From the NCBI GenBank assembly GCA_944358115.1, contig CALVQH010000003.1, forward strand, positions 1-46,983: DNA of 46,983 nt, written 5' to 3'. Positions within the stretch are counted from its first letter, which is position 1, and each line of letters starts with the position of its first letter. This stretch comes from an uncultured Bacilli bacterium (GTDB taxonomy: Bacteria > Bacillota_I > Bacilli_A > RF39 > UBA660). The notes beneath the pieces were generated by a model, which worked only from the letters and a program-made list of their open reading frames with translations, was not told where the DNA came from and searched no databases. The translations under genes were made by a program, and so were the position numbers. This document shows positions 26,031 through 35,198 of this stretch, piece after piece.

Positions 26031-26790
26031 TGGTATCTTCACCCCCACTATCATCTACCGTTTTTTCTTCATCATCACTACCAAAAGCTTCAAAAATAAT
26101 ATTATTGGCATTATAACTATCGAGATAAACCGTTCCATGAACATCTCCTACAGTAGCAAAAATCTCTTCATAATCGTTTAGACGCTCCATATTAATAATG
26201 TTCACATAAACATGATTTGTATCATTCATTCTAAGTAAAAAGCGATATTCATCGATTACAATATCATTGCTAATATCAGGATCATATTCAATTTCATTAA
26301 TCATTTTAATAATATCAAGATCTATTTCTTTTAAAGACTCAATAAAATCATTTAATATATCGGTTGGTACATAATTAATGAGAGTGGGAAGACCTAAATA
26401 CTTAGCATTACTTTCTACTTCTTTCGTATTACTTAAGACTACTTTATTCGTATTTCGATTATAAAATAAAGGAGTTGCTTCGGTAATTTCAATTGTTAGT
26501 TTTCCGGTTAAGGTTTTTCTTATTTCCACTTGCTCAACTAACTCTAACTTGCTAATCCGTTGTTTTAATTTATTTGTGCTTGTACCAAATATAGCTGGAT
26601 AATCTTTAATACCAGCCGCTTCAATAATTTCATTGTCAGTTAAAAGAGATGTTCCTGTAATATAAATATTTTTGATTTTCATCGTAAAAATGGTATAAAA
26701 AAGCATTACTATTAAATAAAGAATTAATAGTAAAAGAATGAGTGCTTTCCAATTTAATTTTTTTCTTTTTACCCTTTTTAATTCTGCCAT
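26014..26790 (-). CDS. divIB: cell division protein DivIB/FtsQ (TM anchor + POTRA)
   Basis: N-terminal anchor ALILLLLILYLIVMLFYTIF, then a POTRA-like KIKNIYITGTSLLTDNEIIEAAGI. Located downstream of murB. Confidence 0.7.
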   Translation of the reverse strand: MAELKRVKRKKLNWKALILLLLILYLIVMLFYTIFTMKIKNIYITGTSLLTDNEIIEAAGIKDYPAIFGTSTNKLKQRISKLELVEQVEIRKTLTGKLTIEITEATPLFYNRNTNKVVLSNTKEVESNAKYLGLPTLINYVPTDILNDFIESLKEIDLDIIKMINEIEYDPDISNDIVIDEYRFLLRMNDTNHVYVNIINMERLNDYEEIFATVGDVHGTVYLDSYNANNIIFEAFGSDDEEKTVDDSGGEDTNATEN

Positions 26791-26793
26791 TTT

Positions 26794-27672
26794 TTACTTC
26801 CAATCAATTATTTCTTGTTCTAACACTAAATCAACATTAAATTTTTCTTTGACTTGTGTATGCACTAATTTTATCAAATTTTTTATATCATTACTAGTGG
26901 CAGTACCAGTATTTACAATAAAGTTGGCATGTTTTAGAGAAACCATTGCTCCTCCTATCTTTTTTCCTTTTAATCCAGCTGCTTCGATTAGTCTGCCAGC
27001 ATGATCATTTTCAGGATTTCGAAATACACTTCCAGCGGAAGGCATATCAAGAGGTTGGGTTGCTCTTCTTCTTATTTTTCTATCTTCAATTAATTTTAAT
27101 GATTCTTCTTTGTTTCCTTTTTCTAACTTAAAAGTGGCTTCTAAAACAATCCATGGTTTTTCCTTTAATTCCGTATGACGATAAGTATGTTTTATCTCTT
27201 CTTTTTTTAATTCTTTCACATTTAAAGATTCATCCAATACTTTGATACTTACTAAAGAATCAAATATATCTTTATTGTAAGCACCAGCATTACCAACAAT
27301 GGATCCTCCTACTGTACCAGGAATATTAATTGCCCATTCCAGTCCAGTTAAATTGTGCTCTACTGAAGTACAAGCAAGTGCTCCCATCATTACGCCAGCT
27401 TCACAAGTAATCTGTTCTTGATCTACTTTGATATTTTTTAGACCATATAATTTAATTACTGCCCCATCAAAATATTCATCAATAATAATATTAGAACCTG
27501 CTCCTAAAATAAAACATTTTATTTTATTTTCTTTTAAATATTTCAAAACATTTATCAGTCCGTCTAATGTTTCAACTTGAATGAAGTATTTTGCTTTACT
27601 TTCTAATTTGTATGTATTTAAATTTTTTAAAGAGGCATTTTCGGTTACAATAATTCCTTTTATATCTTTCAT
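26794..27672 (-). CDS. murB: UDP-N-acetylenolpyruvoylglucosamine reductase
   Basis: FAD-binding GAGSNIII; C-terminal PSAGSVFRNP and GGAMVSLKHANFIVN. Confidence 0.9.
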   Translation of the reverse strand: MKDIKGIIVTENASLKNLNTYKLESKAKYFIQVETLDGLINVLKYLKENKIKCFILGAGSNIIIDEYFDGAVIKLYGLKNIKVDQEQITCEAGVMMGALACTSVEHNLTGLEWAINIPGTVGGSIVGNAGAYNKDIFDSLVSIKVLDESLNVKELKKEEIKHTYRHTELKEKPWIVLEATFKLEKGNKEESLKLIEDRKIRRRATQPLDMPSAGSVFRNPENDHAGRLIEAAGLKGKKIGGAMVSLKHANFIVNTGTATSNDIKNLIKLVHTQVKEKFNVDLVLEQEIIDWK

Positions 27673-28748
27673 TTTATCAAGCTCCTAATCTCACGAACAA
27701 TAATTTCACTACTATCTGTTTTTCCTAAATTTCTTAAATTCATTTTCATAATTTCATATTTTTTCTTGTCATTTAAAAGATCCTCTACCATATGATATAA
27801 GGCTTCTCCATTTAAGTTTTGTTCTTCAATCATTAAACCAGCATTATTTTTTACTATTTCTAAGGCATTATAGTATTGGTGATTACCGGCTACATAAGGA
27901 CTTGGAATAAAAATAGCGGGAAGATTTAGAGCTAGAATTTCACTCATCGTAGATGCGCCAGCCCTAGTTACAATTAAATCACAATTGCGCATTAAACCAG
28001 CTAGATTGTCTAAGTATGGCACTACTTTTATATTACTACCAAATCTAGTTCCTTTAATAAATTCTTCATAATGCGTTTTTCCTGTAATATAAAGGACTTG
28101 ATAATCACTTTTTTTGCTTAGTCTTAAAAACTCTTTTAATTTTTCATTCATGGAACTACTACCAAGAGAACCAGCGACAACAATTACTAGTTTTTTCTTA
28201 TTATCTAAACCAACATCACTTTTTTTGATTTCTTTCGTAGTTAGCGCATTTTCTCCACAAGGATTTCCAGAATAAATTACTTTTTTAGCTTTAGGAAACT
28301 TATTTAAAGTACTTAGGAAAGAAACGGCAACTAAGTCTACTCCATTAGATAAAAATTTATTCGTTTTACCAACAATACTATTTTGTTCATGTAAGAATGT
28401 TTTTATATTTAATTTTTTGGCTGCTTTTAATACAGGATATGTTACATAACCACCAAACCCAAGAACAATATCTGGTTTAAATTCTTTTAACTCTTTTAAA
28501 CATTTATGATAGCTTTTTAATACTAAAAAAACATTTTTAATATCTACTAAAATATTTTTAGAGAATCCATAAATATCAAGGCCAATATAATTAATTCCTC
28601 TTTTAGGAATAATCTCACTTTCCATTCTACTTTTCGTACCAATATAAAGTACCTCTAAGTTCTTCTCTTCTTTCTTCAGTTTTTCTAGTACTGCTAAGGC
28701 TGGATAAATATGGCCACCGGTTCCACCAGCACTAACAACAACTTTCAT
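27669..28748 (-). CDS. murG: undecaprenyldiphospho-muramoylpentapeptide beta-N-acetylglucosaminyltransferase
   Basis: N-terminal GGTGGHIYPALAV; C-terminal RAGASTMSEILALNLPAIFIPSP. 4-nt overlap with murB. Confidence 0.9.
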   Translation of the reverse strand: MKVVVSAGGTGGHIYPALAVLEKLKKEEKNLEVLYIGTKSRMESEIIPKRGINYIGLDIYGFSKNILVDIKNVFLVLKSYHKCLKELKEFKPDIVLGFGGYVTYPVLKAAKKLNIKTFLHEQNSIVGKTNKFLSNGVDLVAVSFLSTLNKFPKAKKVIYSGNPCGENALTTKEIKKSDVGLDNKKKLVIVVAGSLGSSSMNEKLKEFLRLSKKSDYQVLYITGKTHYEEFIKGTRFGSNIKVVPYLDNLAGLMRNCDLIVTRAGASTMSEILALNLPAIFIPSPYVAGNHQYYNALEIVKNNAGLMIEEQNLNGEALYHMVEDLLNDKKKYEIMKMNLRNLGKTDSSEIIVREIRSLIK

Positions 28749-29011
28749 AAACTCACCTCTTATTTAATTATACTATAAATTTCAGAAAAAACTATCTTTT
28801 TTTCATATTAATGCCTTTTTGTCGATTTTTGTTGAACGCTTTTTCTTGCTTTTTTTAATTCCCTCATTCATAATATAGTCTTGGTCGTTAAGGAGCAATG
28901 TTTGCCTTTGTTCTTTTCCATTCTATTGGTTTTACCTTCTTTACTCCTTAAGGGGTTTTAGAAAGGGGTGTGAAAAGTATGAAGGTTCAGTTAAAAGTAA
29001 TTTTGCCAAGA

Positions 29012-29128
29012 ATAAAAATAGCATTGGTCTTTCTGATAACAACCAATGCCAAAACTCAAAAGTAGGCATTGGATTGTCTCCTTAATGCTCTACAATTTAA
29101 GTATAAACTATTTTTTTAATAAATACAA
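29012..29128 (-). promoter_or_regulatory. promoter, SD/ATG, mutually exclusive hairpins and intrinsic terminator: candidate attenuator or short sRNA upstream of murG
   Basis: Minus strand TTGTAT (29128-29123) - 17 nt - TATACT (29105-29100). SD aaggaga (29083-29077). ATG 29069. Segments ccaatgcc (29051-29044), ggcattgg (29073-29066 on plus) and accaatgc can pair 2:3 or 3:4. The 3:4 hairpin is followed by tatttttatt. Confidence 0.4.
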
Positions 29129-29153
29129 GTACTTTATGGTAAATGGAGATGCA

Positions 29154-30596
29154 ATGAAATTAAGTGTTTTAGGCTATGAATTAGATCAAGAGCAAACAAA
29201 GGCTGCTTGCAAGAGTAAAAGTAATACGATTATTATTGCTGGAGCAGGAACTGGTAAAAGTACTACTATGGTTGGAAAAATAAAATATTTAGTATTATAT
29301 GAACATATTCCTTTAGAAGATATTTTGTGTATTACTTTTACAAATAATGCAGCGAATAGTTTAGAAGAAAAAATAAGACAAGAACTAAATCAAAAAGCAA
29401 AAGTTTATACTTTTCATAAATTATCTTTGGAAATATTAAAGGAACATTCTATTGATTACCATATTGCAAGTGAAGATTTGCTTTCTTATTTAGTAGATGA
29501 AATCTTTTATAGTGTTCCTAGTATTTATTTTGAACAATTATTTTTAGATAAAAATTATTTAGAAAAAGAAGAATTTCAGCAATATAAAGCTATTATTGTG
29601 CGGTTTATTAGACTTTTTATTTCTAATTATTACGACATTCAATATTTTGATAAAATTTTTAAGAAAGCAAAAAAGAGAGATTTACCTATGTTAAAGATTA
29701 TTAAGAAGATCTATGAAATGTATATTTTAGAAAAAGAAGCTACTGGTACAATTGATTTTGATGATATGATTTATATGGCAACCAAACTTGTTAATCAAAA
29801 CGGAATTGTGAAACATTATCAATATATTATTGTTGATGAATATCAAGATACATCACAAGTTCGAGAACAATTAGTTCAGGCGATTCGAAATAAAACAGGT
29901 GCTTATGTTACGGTTGTTGGTGATGATTTTCAATCTATTTATCGTTTTTCAGGTTGTGATATTAATAATTTTTTGGAGTTTAAGAAAAATTTTAGACCAG
30001 CAAAAGAACTATATATTACTAATACTTATCGCAATAGCAAAGAGCTTATCTCTGTTGCCGGTTCTTTTATTATGAAAAATCCTAGACAGATGAAGAAAAA
30101 ACTAAAAGCCAAGAAAAGTATTTTAAAACCAATTGTTGTATGCTATTACAAGAATATGAAGGATGATTTTTATAAACTACTAGCTTCTATCCCCTATTCC
30201 CAAATTATGGTTTTAGGTAGAAATAATTATGATATCTTTAACGTTTTAAATAATAAACTAAAAATAGAAAATAATCAAATTTATTTTCCCAATAAAAATG
30301 TCTATTATAAAACTATTCATAAAGCAAAAGGATTAGAAGAAGAACAAGTGGTAATTATTAATTTAACTAATGATATTCATTCCCTGCCTTCTAAAGTGAA
30401 AGATGAAAGAATATTAAAGTATGTTATAAAACATTTTGATATTTATCCTTTTGAGGAAGAGAGAAGACTATTTTATGTAGGACTCACACGTACAAAAAAT
30501 TATTGTTACTTATTTGTACCAAAGAATAATCCTTCTATTTTTGTTCAAGAATTAATAAAAAATTATAGAGAATATATCTCTATAATAAATCTTTAA
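29154..30596 (+). CDS. compact SF1 UvrD/Rep-like DNA helicase (about 480 aa)
   Basis: Motif I AGAGTGKST, II VDEYQD, III VGDDFQSIY, IV TNTYRNS, V TIHKAKGLEEEQVVI, VI LFYVGLTRTK. Start set at ATG 29154 (SD ggaga). Confidence 0.8.
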   Translation: MKLSVLGYELDQEQTKAACKSKSNTIIIAGAGTGKSTTMVGKIKYLVLYEHIPLEDILCITFTNNAANSLEEKIRQELNQKAKVYTFHKLSLEILKEHSIDYHIASEDLLSYLVDEIFYSVPSIYFEQLFLDKNYLEKEEFQQYKAIIVRFIRLFISNYYDIQYFDKIFKKAKKRDLPMLKIIKKIYEMYILEKEATGTIDFDDMIYMATKLVNQNGIVKHYQYIIVDEYQDTSQVREQLVQAIRNKTGAYVTVVGDDFQSIYRFSGCDINNFLEFKKNFRPAKELYITNTYRNSKELISVAGSFIMKNPRQMKKKLKAKKSILKPIVVCYYKNMKDDFYKLLASIPYSQIMVLGRNNYDIFNVLNNKLKIENNQIYFPNKNVYYKTIHKAKGLEEEQVVIINLTNDIHSLPSKVKDERILKYVIKHFDIYPFEEERRLFYVGLTRTKNYCYLFVPKNNPSIFVQELIKNYREYISIINL

Positions 30597-31770
30597 ACTC
30601 ATTTTCTTCTTCATGAGCTTTAATTGTAATTATTTCATGTGTTTTTACTGCTTCATAAATTAAATCTTTATAGGGAATTAGCTCTTCATATTCCCGACAT
30701 TTTTCTTTTATTGGATTAATTACTGGATGCTTTGGTACAAATATGGTACAGCAGTCTTCGAATGGTAAAATACTGGTCTCATAAGTATCAATTTTCTTAG
30801 CAATATCAATAATATCTAATTTATCAAAACAAGCAAGAGGACGGATTACCGGAATACTAACTACTTCATTAATAGCACTCATACTCGTTAGCGTTTGGCT
30901 GGCAACTTGCCCTATTGATTCCCCATTTATTAGTACCTTACTATTTCTACGACTAGCTAGTATAGCACTAATCCGATACATCATTCTTCTCATGATCGTA
31001 ATTAAATAATCATGAGGAATATTTTTATAGATTTCTTCTTGAATTTTAGTAAAATTGATTACATGTAGAACAATATCATTATTGTAAATTGCTAGTTTTT
31101 TAGCTAAACTCTTTACTTTATTTTTGGCTTCTACACTTGTATGAGGAGGACTTTCAAAGTAAATTGCTTCTATTTTTACCCCTCTTTTAATTGTTAAATA
31201 TCCAGCGACTGGAGAATCTATTCCGCCACTTAGCATTAATAATCCTTTTCCAAGTGTTCCAACTGGGTAGCCACCTAAACCTTTAAACTTCTCAAAATAA
31301 ACTAGTGTATTATTAAGGCGATATTCCACGTTTACTAGTACTTCCGGATTTTTTACATCTACTTTTAAGCCAGTAATATTTTTTAAGAGATAAGCACCTA
31401 AGTTTTTACTTAGTTCAACACTTGTTGTATTTAGTTTTTTGTTTGCTCTTTTACTTTCTACTTTAAATGTTGTAAATTCTTTTTCTTTTAATAGTTCTAA
31501 AATATTTTCTTTTACAATATCAAAATCGGTAGATTCTATTACATAACCTATATTTATTTCATGAATGCCAAAAATATTTTTTACTCTTTTAATTACTTCA
31601 TCATAATTTTCATTCGTATGAATAAACATACGACCTAAATCATAAGTTACATTTACATCTAAATCATTTAGCGCAAATAAAATATTTTCTTTTAGCTTTT
31701 TTAAAAAGAAATTGATATTGTCCTTTTTGGTTGATAATTCACCGTATTTGATTAATATTAATTTTTCCAT
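30580..31770 (-). CDS. thiI: tRNA 4-thiouridine(8) synthase ThiI
   Basis: THUMP region then PP-loop LSGGIDSPVAG. N-terminus MEKLILIKYGELSTK aligns with ThiI starts; ATGs at 31779 and 31776 are also possible. Confidence 0.85.
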   Translation of the reverse strand: MEKLILIKYGELSTKKDNINFFLKKLKENILFALNDLDVNVTYDLGRMFIHTNENYDEVIKRVKNIFGIHEINIGYVIESTDFDIVKENILELLKEKEFTTFKVESKRANKKLNTTSVELSKNLGAYLLKNITGLKVDVKNPEVLVNVEYRLNNTLVYFEKFKGLGGYPVGTLGKGLLMLSGGIDSPVAGYLTIKRGVKIEAIYFESPPHTSVEAKNKVKSLAKKLAIYNNDIVLHVINFTKIQEEIYKNIPHDYLITIMRRMMYRISAILASRRNSKVLINGESIGQVASQTLTSMSAINEVVSIPVIRPLACFDKLDIIDIAKKIDTYETSILPFEDCCTIFVPKHPVINPIKEKCREYEELIPYKDLIYEAVKTHEIITIKAHEEENEFKDLL

Positions 31771-31831
31771 AAACATCACAAGTTTATTATACTATAAAAT
31801 TTCTTGTTTTGTAAATAAATTAGACTACAGC

Positions 31832-32962
31832 TTAATTGTGTAGTCCACTTAGTTTGCGATAGATTTGATCAAAATAAGAAATAAATTTGTTTACTTCATC
31901 AGTTGTTGTTAAATGAGATAAGCTAATTCTAAGGGTTGAAGATGCTCTTACTTTGTCATTATAGACCGCCATAACACTACTTGATAGGGTTGCACTAGAA
32001 CAGGCTGTATTAGAGCTTACATATACTTCAAATTCTTCTAGAGCATGCAAGAATGTTTCGGCTTTTATGTTTCTTAAACTGATATTCAAAATATGAGGAA
32101 TGCTATACTTTGTTTTATTGATCATGACGCCACTATATTTTTTTAAGGCATCTACTATTTTTAAATTTAATCTTTCAATAAATCTTTCTCTTTTTTCAAT
32201 ATCGGTTGTTGCTAGTCTTACTGCTTTTGATAAGGCAACAATTAGAGGTACTGCCGGAGTACCAGGATTTAGCATATTCGTTTTACCTGAGCCAAAAAGA
32301 ATTGGAGATATTAAAATATTATTATTTTTGTATAAAACACCTATCCCTTTTGGTCCATATATTTTATGGGCTGTGAATGTTGCTAAATCCACATCATGCA
32401 TACTTACACTTACTTTGCCTACTGCTTGCGTCATATCCGAATGAAATATCGTATTGGGATTTTCTTTTTTAATAATTTGTCTAATCATTTTTAAAGGTTG
32501 TCTAATTCCTAATTCACTATTTACTGCACAGATACTTACTAAAATGGTGTCTTCTCGGATTAATTTCTTTAAATCGTCAAAATCAATTAGTCCTTCCTCA
32601 TCATTACCTACATAACTAATTTCAAATCCTAAAGTCTCTAGATGAGTACAAATTGCATATATGGATGGATGCTCTAATTTAGAAACAATAATATGTTTTC
32701 CTCTTTTGTGTTCATGCATTGCAACACCCATTAAAGCCAAATTATTAGCCATGGTCGCTCCGTCCGTATAAGTAATTTCCGATTCATTAATATTAAATAT
32801 TTCAGCGATTTGTTTAGTAGCACTATTCATTAAATTTTTTGATTTTACCCCTAGTTCATGCAAAGAATTAGGATTGCCAAAAAAATCCTTACTTGTCTTG
32901 TTATATGTATCTAGTACTTCAAAACCAATTGGTGTTGTTGCACTATAATCTAAATAAATCAT
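31832..32962 (-). CDS. class V cysteine desulfurase (NifS/NifZ/IscS-like), ThiI partner
   Basis: MIYLDYSATTP start, PLD-Lys motif TAHKIYGPKGIGVLY (PLP-binding Lys), active-site loop SSNTACSS. SD aggtga. Upstream of thiI, as with Bacillus nifZ-thiI. Confidence 0.85.
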   Translation of the reverse strand: MIYLDYSATTPIGFEVLDTYNKTSKDFFGNPNSLHELGVKSKNLMNSATKQIAEIFNINESEITYTDGATMANNLALMGVAMHEHKRGKHIIVSKLEHPSIYAICTHLETLGFEISYVGNDEEGLIDFDDLKKLIREDTILVSICAVNSELGIRQPLKMIRQIIKKENPNTIFHSDMTQAVGKVSVSMHDVDLATFTAHKIYGPKGIGVLYKNNNILISPILFGSGKTNMLNPGTPAVPLIVALSKAVRLATTDIEKRERFIERLNLKIVDALKKYSGVMINKTKYSIPHILNISLRNIKAETFLHALEEFEVYVSSNTACSSATLSSSVMAVYNDKVRASSTLRISLSHLTTTDEVNKFISYFDQIYRKLSGLHN

Positions 32963-33043
32963 TTAAGTCACCTATCTTTATTATACACAAAAATTAAACG
33001 TTATTCCATACCAAAGTAATAGAAAATACAATACTTTACTTTT

Positions 33044-34051
33044 TTAGATTTTATAATTTGTACCTTCTGCATCATTTATGATTTCTAGGCAATGGCGCAT
33101 TAAATCCTTTCTGCCTCTTTTTGATAAGACTTGGACTAGATCAAAACCAGGACGACGATTGCCTTCGATAAATGTTGCTCCATCTTTAGTAACGGCTACA
33201 TCCCAACCAACAACATGAATGTGTTTATTTACGTTAGAAGCTTCTAATACTAACTTTTTTACTTTATCCCAATTAGGAATTTCAAAACCATCAAATTTAA
33301 TTTTTGATTTAGGATGAACCTCAAAGTAATCTAAGTTTTTATTAAATGCTTTCCCTACTAATTTGCCTGTATCTAGATCTATTAAACAAGCCATACCACC
33401 CTTGTGAAAATTATCAACATGCGCCTCACCATTGCCAAAGCGCATACAAGCAAAAAGAATTTCAGATTTACCATTATAATTAAACGTCATAATACGAATC
33501 GTATTGACACTACTATCACAGATTTCATTTATTTTGGGATGTTGCTCGACATATTCTTCTAAAAATAACTTTTCTTCTTTTAACTTTTGATAAAAAGCTT
33601 CTGTATCTTTGATATCTTTCGCATATCCTTTTTCAACACCAGACCCGCCTAAACCTTCATTTGGCTTAATCATGAAATATTTATGTTTTTTTAAAAATTC
33701 TTTTAGTTCATCTAGAGTACCATCATAAAAGAAATCACGACTAATATAGTCTTTGAAGTTTTTTAGAAAATTTGTTTTAATTGTAAAGAAAGTTTTGTAT
33801 TTGGCGGGACTTACAATTTCATAAAATTTATCTTGATCTTTAATTGAGGCATATTCTAATACTTCTTTTTTCGTTTTATTATATAATTCATAGTTTAAGT
33901 AATCACTATATCCACAACCAATCAAACGAAAACAATTTAGAAAGTTTAGTTTTAAGCCCAAAGCACTTCGATTTTCTTTTTTAGCTAATTCACTAATCTT
34001 TTCATTAAAACGTTTTAAATTTCCTTTTAAGGCATAACTTATGATACTCAT
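33044..34051 (-). CDS. sugar-transfer-associated ATP-grasp family protein
   Basis: 335 aa. FMIKPNEGLGGSGVE glycine-rich loop and WDVAVTKDGATFIEGNRRPG C-terminal ATP-grasp pattern. The start codon abuts the GT4 stop. Confidence 0.55.
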   Translation of the reverse strand: MSIISYALKGNLKRFNEKISELAKKENRSALGLKLNFLNCFRLIGCGYSDYLNYELYNKTKKEVLEYASIKDQDKFYEIVSPAKYKTFFTIKTNFLKNFKDYISRDFFYDGTLDELKEFLKKHKYFMIKPNEGLGGSGVEKGYAKDIKDTEAFYQKLKEEKLFLEEYVEQHPKINEICDSSVNTIRIMTFNYNGKSEILFACMRFGNGEAHVDNFHKGGMACLIDLDTGKLVGKAFNKNLDYFEVHPKSKIKFDGFEIPNWDKVKKLVLEASNVNKHIHVVGWDVAVTKDGATFIEGNRRPGFDLVQVLSKRGRKDLMRHCLEIINDAEGTNYKI

Positions 34052-34052
34052 T

Positions 34053-35198
34053 TTATTTTTCCTCCAATAATTCTTGATATACTTTTATAGCAAGATCGGT
34101 TACATTTTTAGCCGAATAGCGATCCGCGATCGCTCTTAAATTATTTACTTTATAATGATCCAAATTTTGATATACGTAGGCGATGGCCTCTGCTATTTCT
34201 TTGATGTTTCCAACACTTACTAGTTTGCCACTTTCTTCATCAATATATTCCTCAGGGCCAAAACATTTGGTAGATACAACAGGCATACCACTTGCTAGTG
34301 CTTCGATTCCAGGAATACAAAATGTTTCATTGGTACTCGTAATTACAAATACATTATTTTCATTTAATATTTGGGCAATTTCTAATTTGCTTTTTCGGCC
34401 AACAAAATCGACATAAGAATCAAGATTTAATTCATGACATTTATTTTGATAGAACTCTTTTAAATAACCATCACCTACAATTGTTAGATGAACATCTTTG
34501 ATTTTATATTCATCGATTATGATTCTTAAGGCTGAGAGAAGATCTTCAATTCTTTTACCTTTTCTAAAAGCACATACTTTAGCAATACGTAGGCCTTTGA
34601 TCGGCTTTCTTTCTAGTTTAAAGCATTCTGTATCAACTAAGTTAGGAATTACTTTTTTTCTTTTTACATAACTTGGAAGATCTGCAAGCATGTATTTACT
34701 AACTGCTGTAAAATAAGCATTTTTTAAAACAAATTCGGTATATTTTTTATTTTTTCCTTGGAAAAAGTCTTTATAATAACTCGCATGTTCCGTTACAACA
34801 ACAGGAATATTATATTTTTTACCAAGAAGACAGGCTGCATATCCAGCTGGTATGGTTACTTCGGCATGTAAAACATCTGGTTTGGGATTATTTTTCAAAT
34901 ATTTTTGAAAGGCTTTTTCTAACGCTTTAGCATATCTTTTCATTTGCCAATTAAAACTAATTCGCTCGACATTTAGCATTCTTTTTACAAATGTTTGATA
35001 GCCTGATTCTTTTATCACATAACTTTTTTTCATAAAAATATATTTTAGGGGATTACTTAATCGTTCTCTTTCAATAAATAACATGTTTACTTTGATATTT
35101 TTCCTCTTGGCTAACGCTTCACAAAATTCTTTATGATATACTCCCATAAGCATATCTTGACCATTTGGATACCAAGATGGAATTACTAATATATTCAT
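34053..35198 (-). CDS. GT4-family (GT-B) glycosyltransferase
   Basis: MNILVIPSWYP start. E-x7-E region NETFCIPGIEALASGMPVVST. Extended -10 tggtataat at 35227-35235 upstream. Confidence 0.75.
   Translation of the reverse strand: MNILVIPSWYPNGQDMLMGVYHKEFCEALAKRKNIKVNMLFIERERLSNPLKYIFMKKSYVIKESGYQTFVKRMLNVERISFNWQMKRYAKALEKAFQKYLKNNPKPDVLHAEVTIPAGYAACLLGKKYNIPVVVTEHASYYKDFFQGKNKKYTEFVLKNAYFTAVSKYMLADLPSYVKRKKVIPNLVDTECFKLERKPIKGLRIAKVCAFRKGKRIEDLLSALRIIIDEYKIKDVHLTIVGDGYLKEFYQNKCHELNLDSYVDFVGRKSKLEIAQILNENNVFVITSTNETFCIPGIEALASGMPVVSTKCFGPEEYIDEESGKLVSVGNIKEIAEAIAYVYQNLDHYKVNNLRAIADRYSAKNVTDLAIKVYQELLEEK

Noticed and set aside
28749-29153. Possibility that the 405-nt murG/helicase intergenic region is a known riboswitch, a T-box, or a decayed dcw gene (ftsW/murD remnant).
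   Set aside because: I could not recognise any conserved riboswitch or T-box core sequence. No frame gives a translation resembling FtsW, MurD or MraY. It is kept only as an unclassified attenuator-like element in the findings.
31780-31831. Hairpin gactaca/tgtagtc at the cysteine desulfurase stop codon as a terminator separating it from thiI.
   Set aside because: The stem is short (7 bp), the downstream U-tract is poor (taatttattt), and the two genes are a well-known functional pair. It is more likely a weak pause site or processing site than a full terminator.
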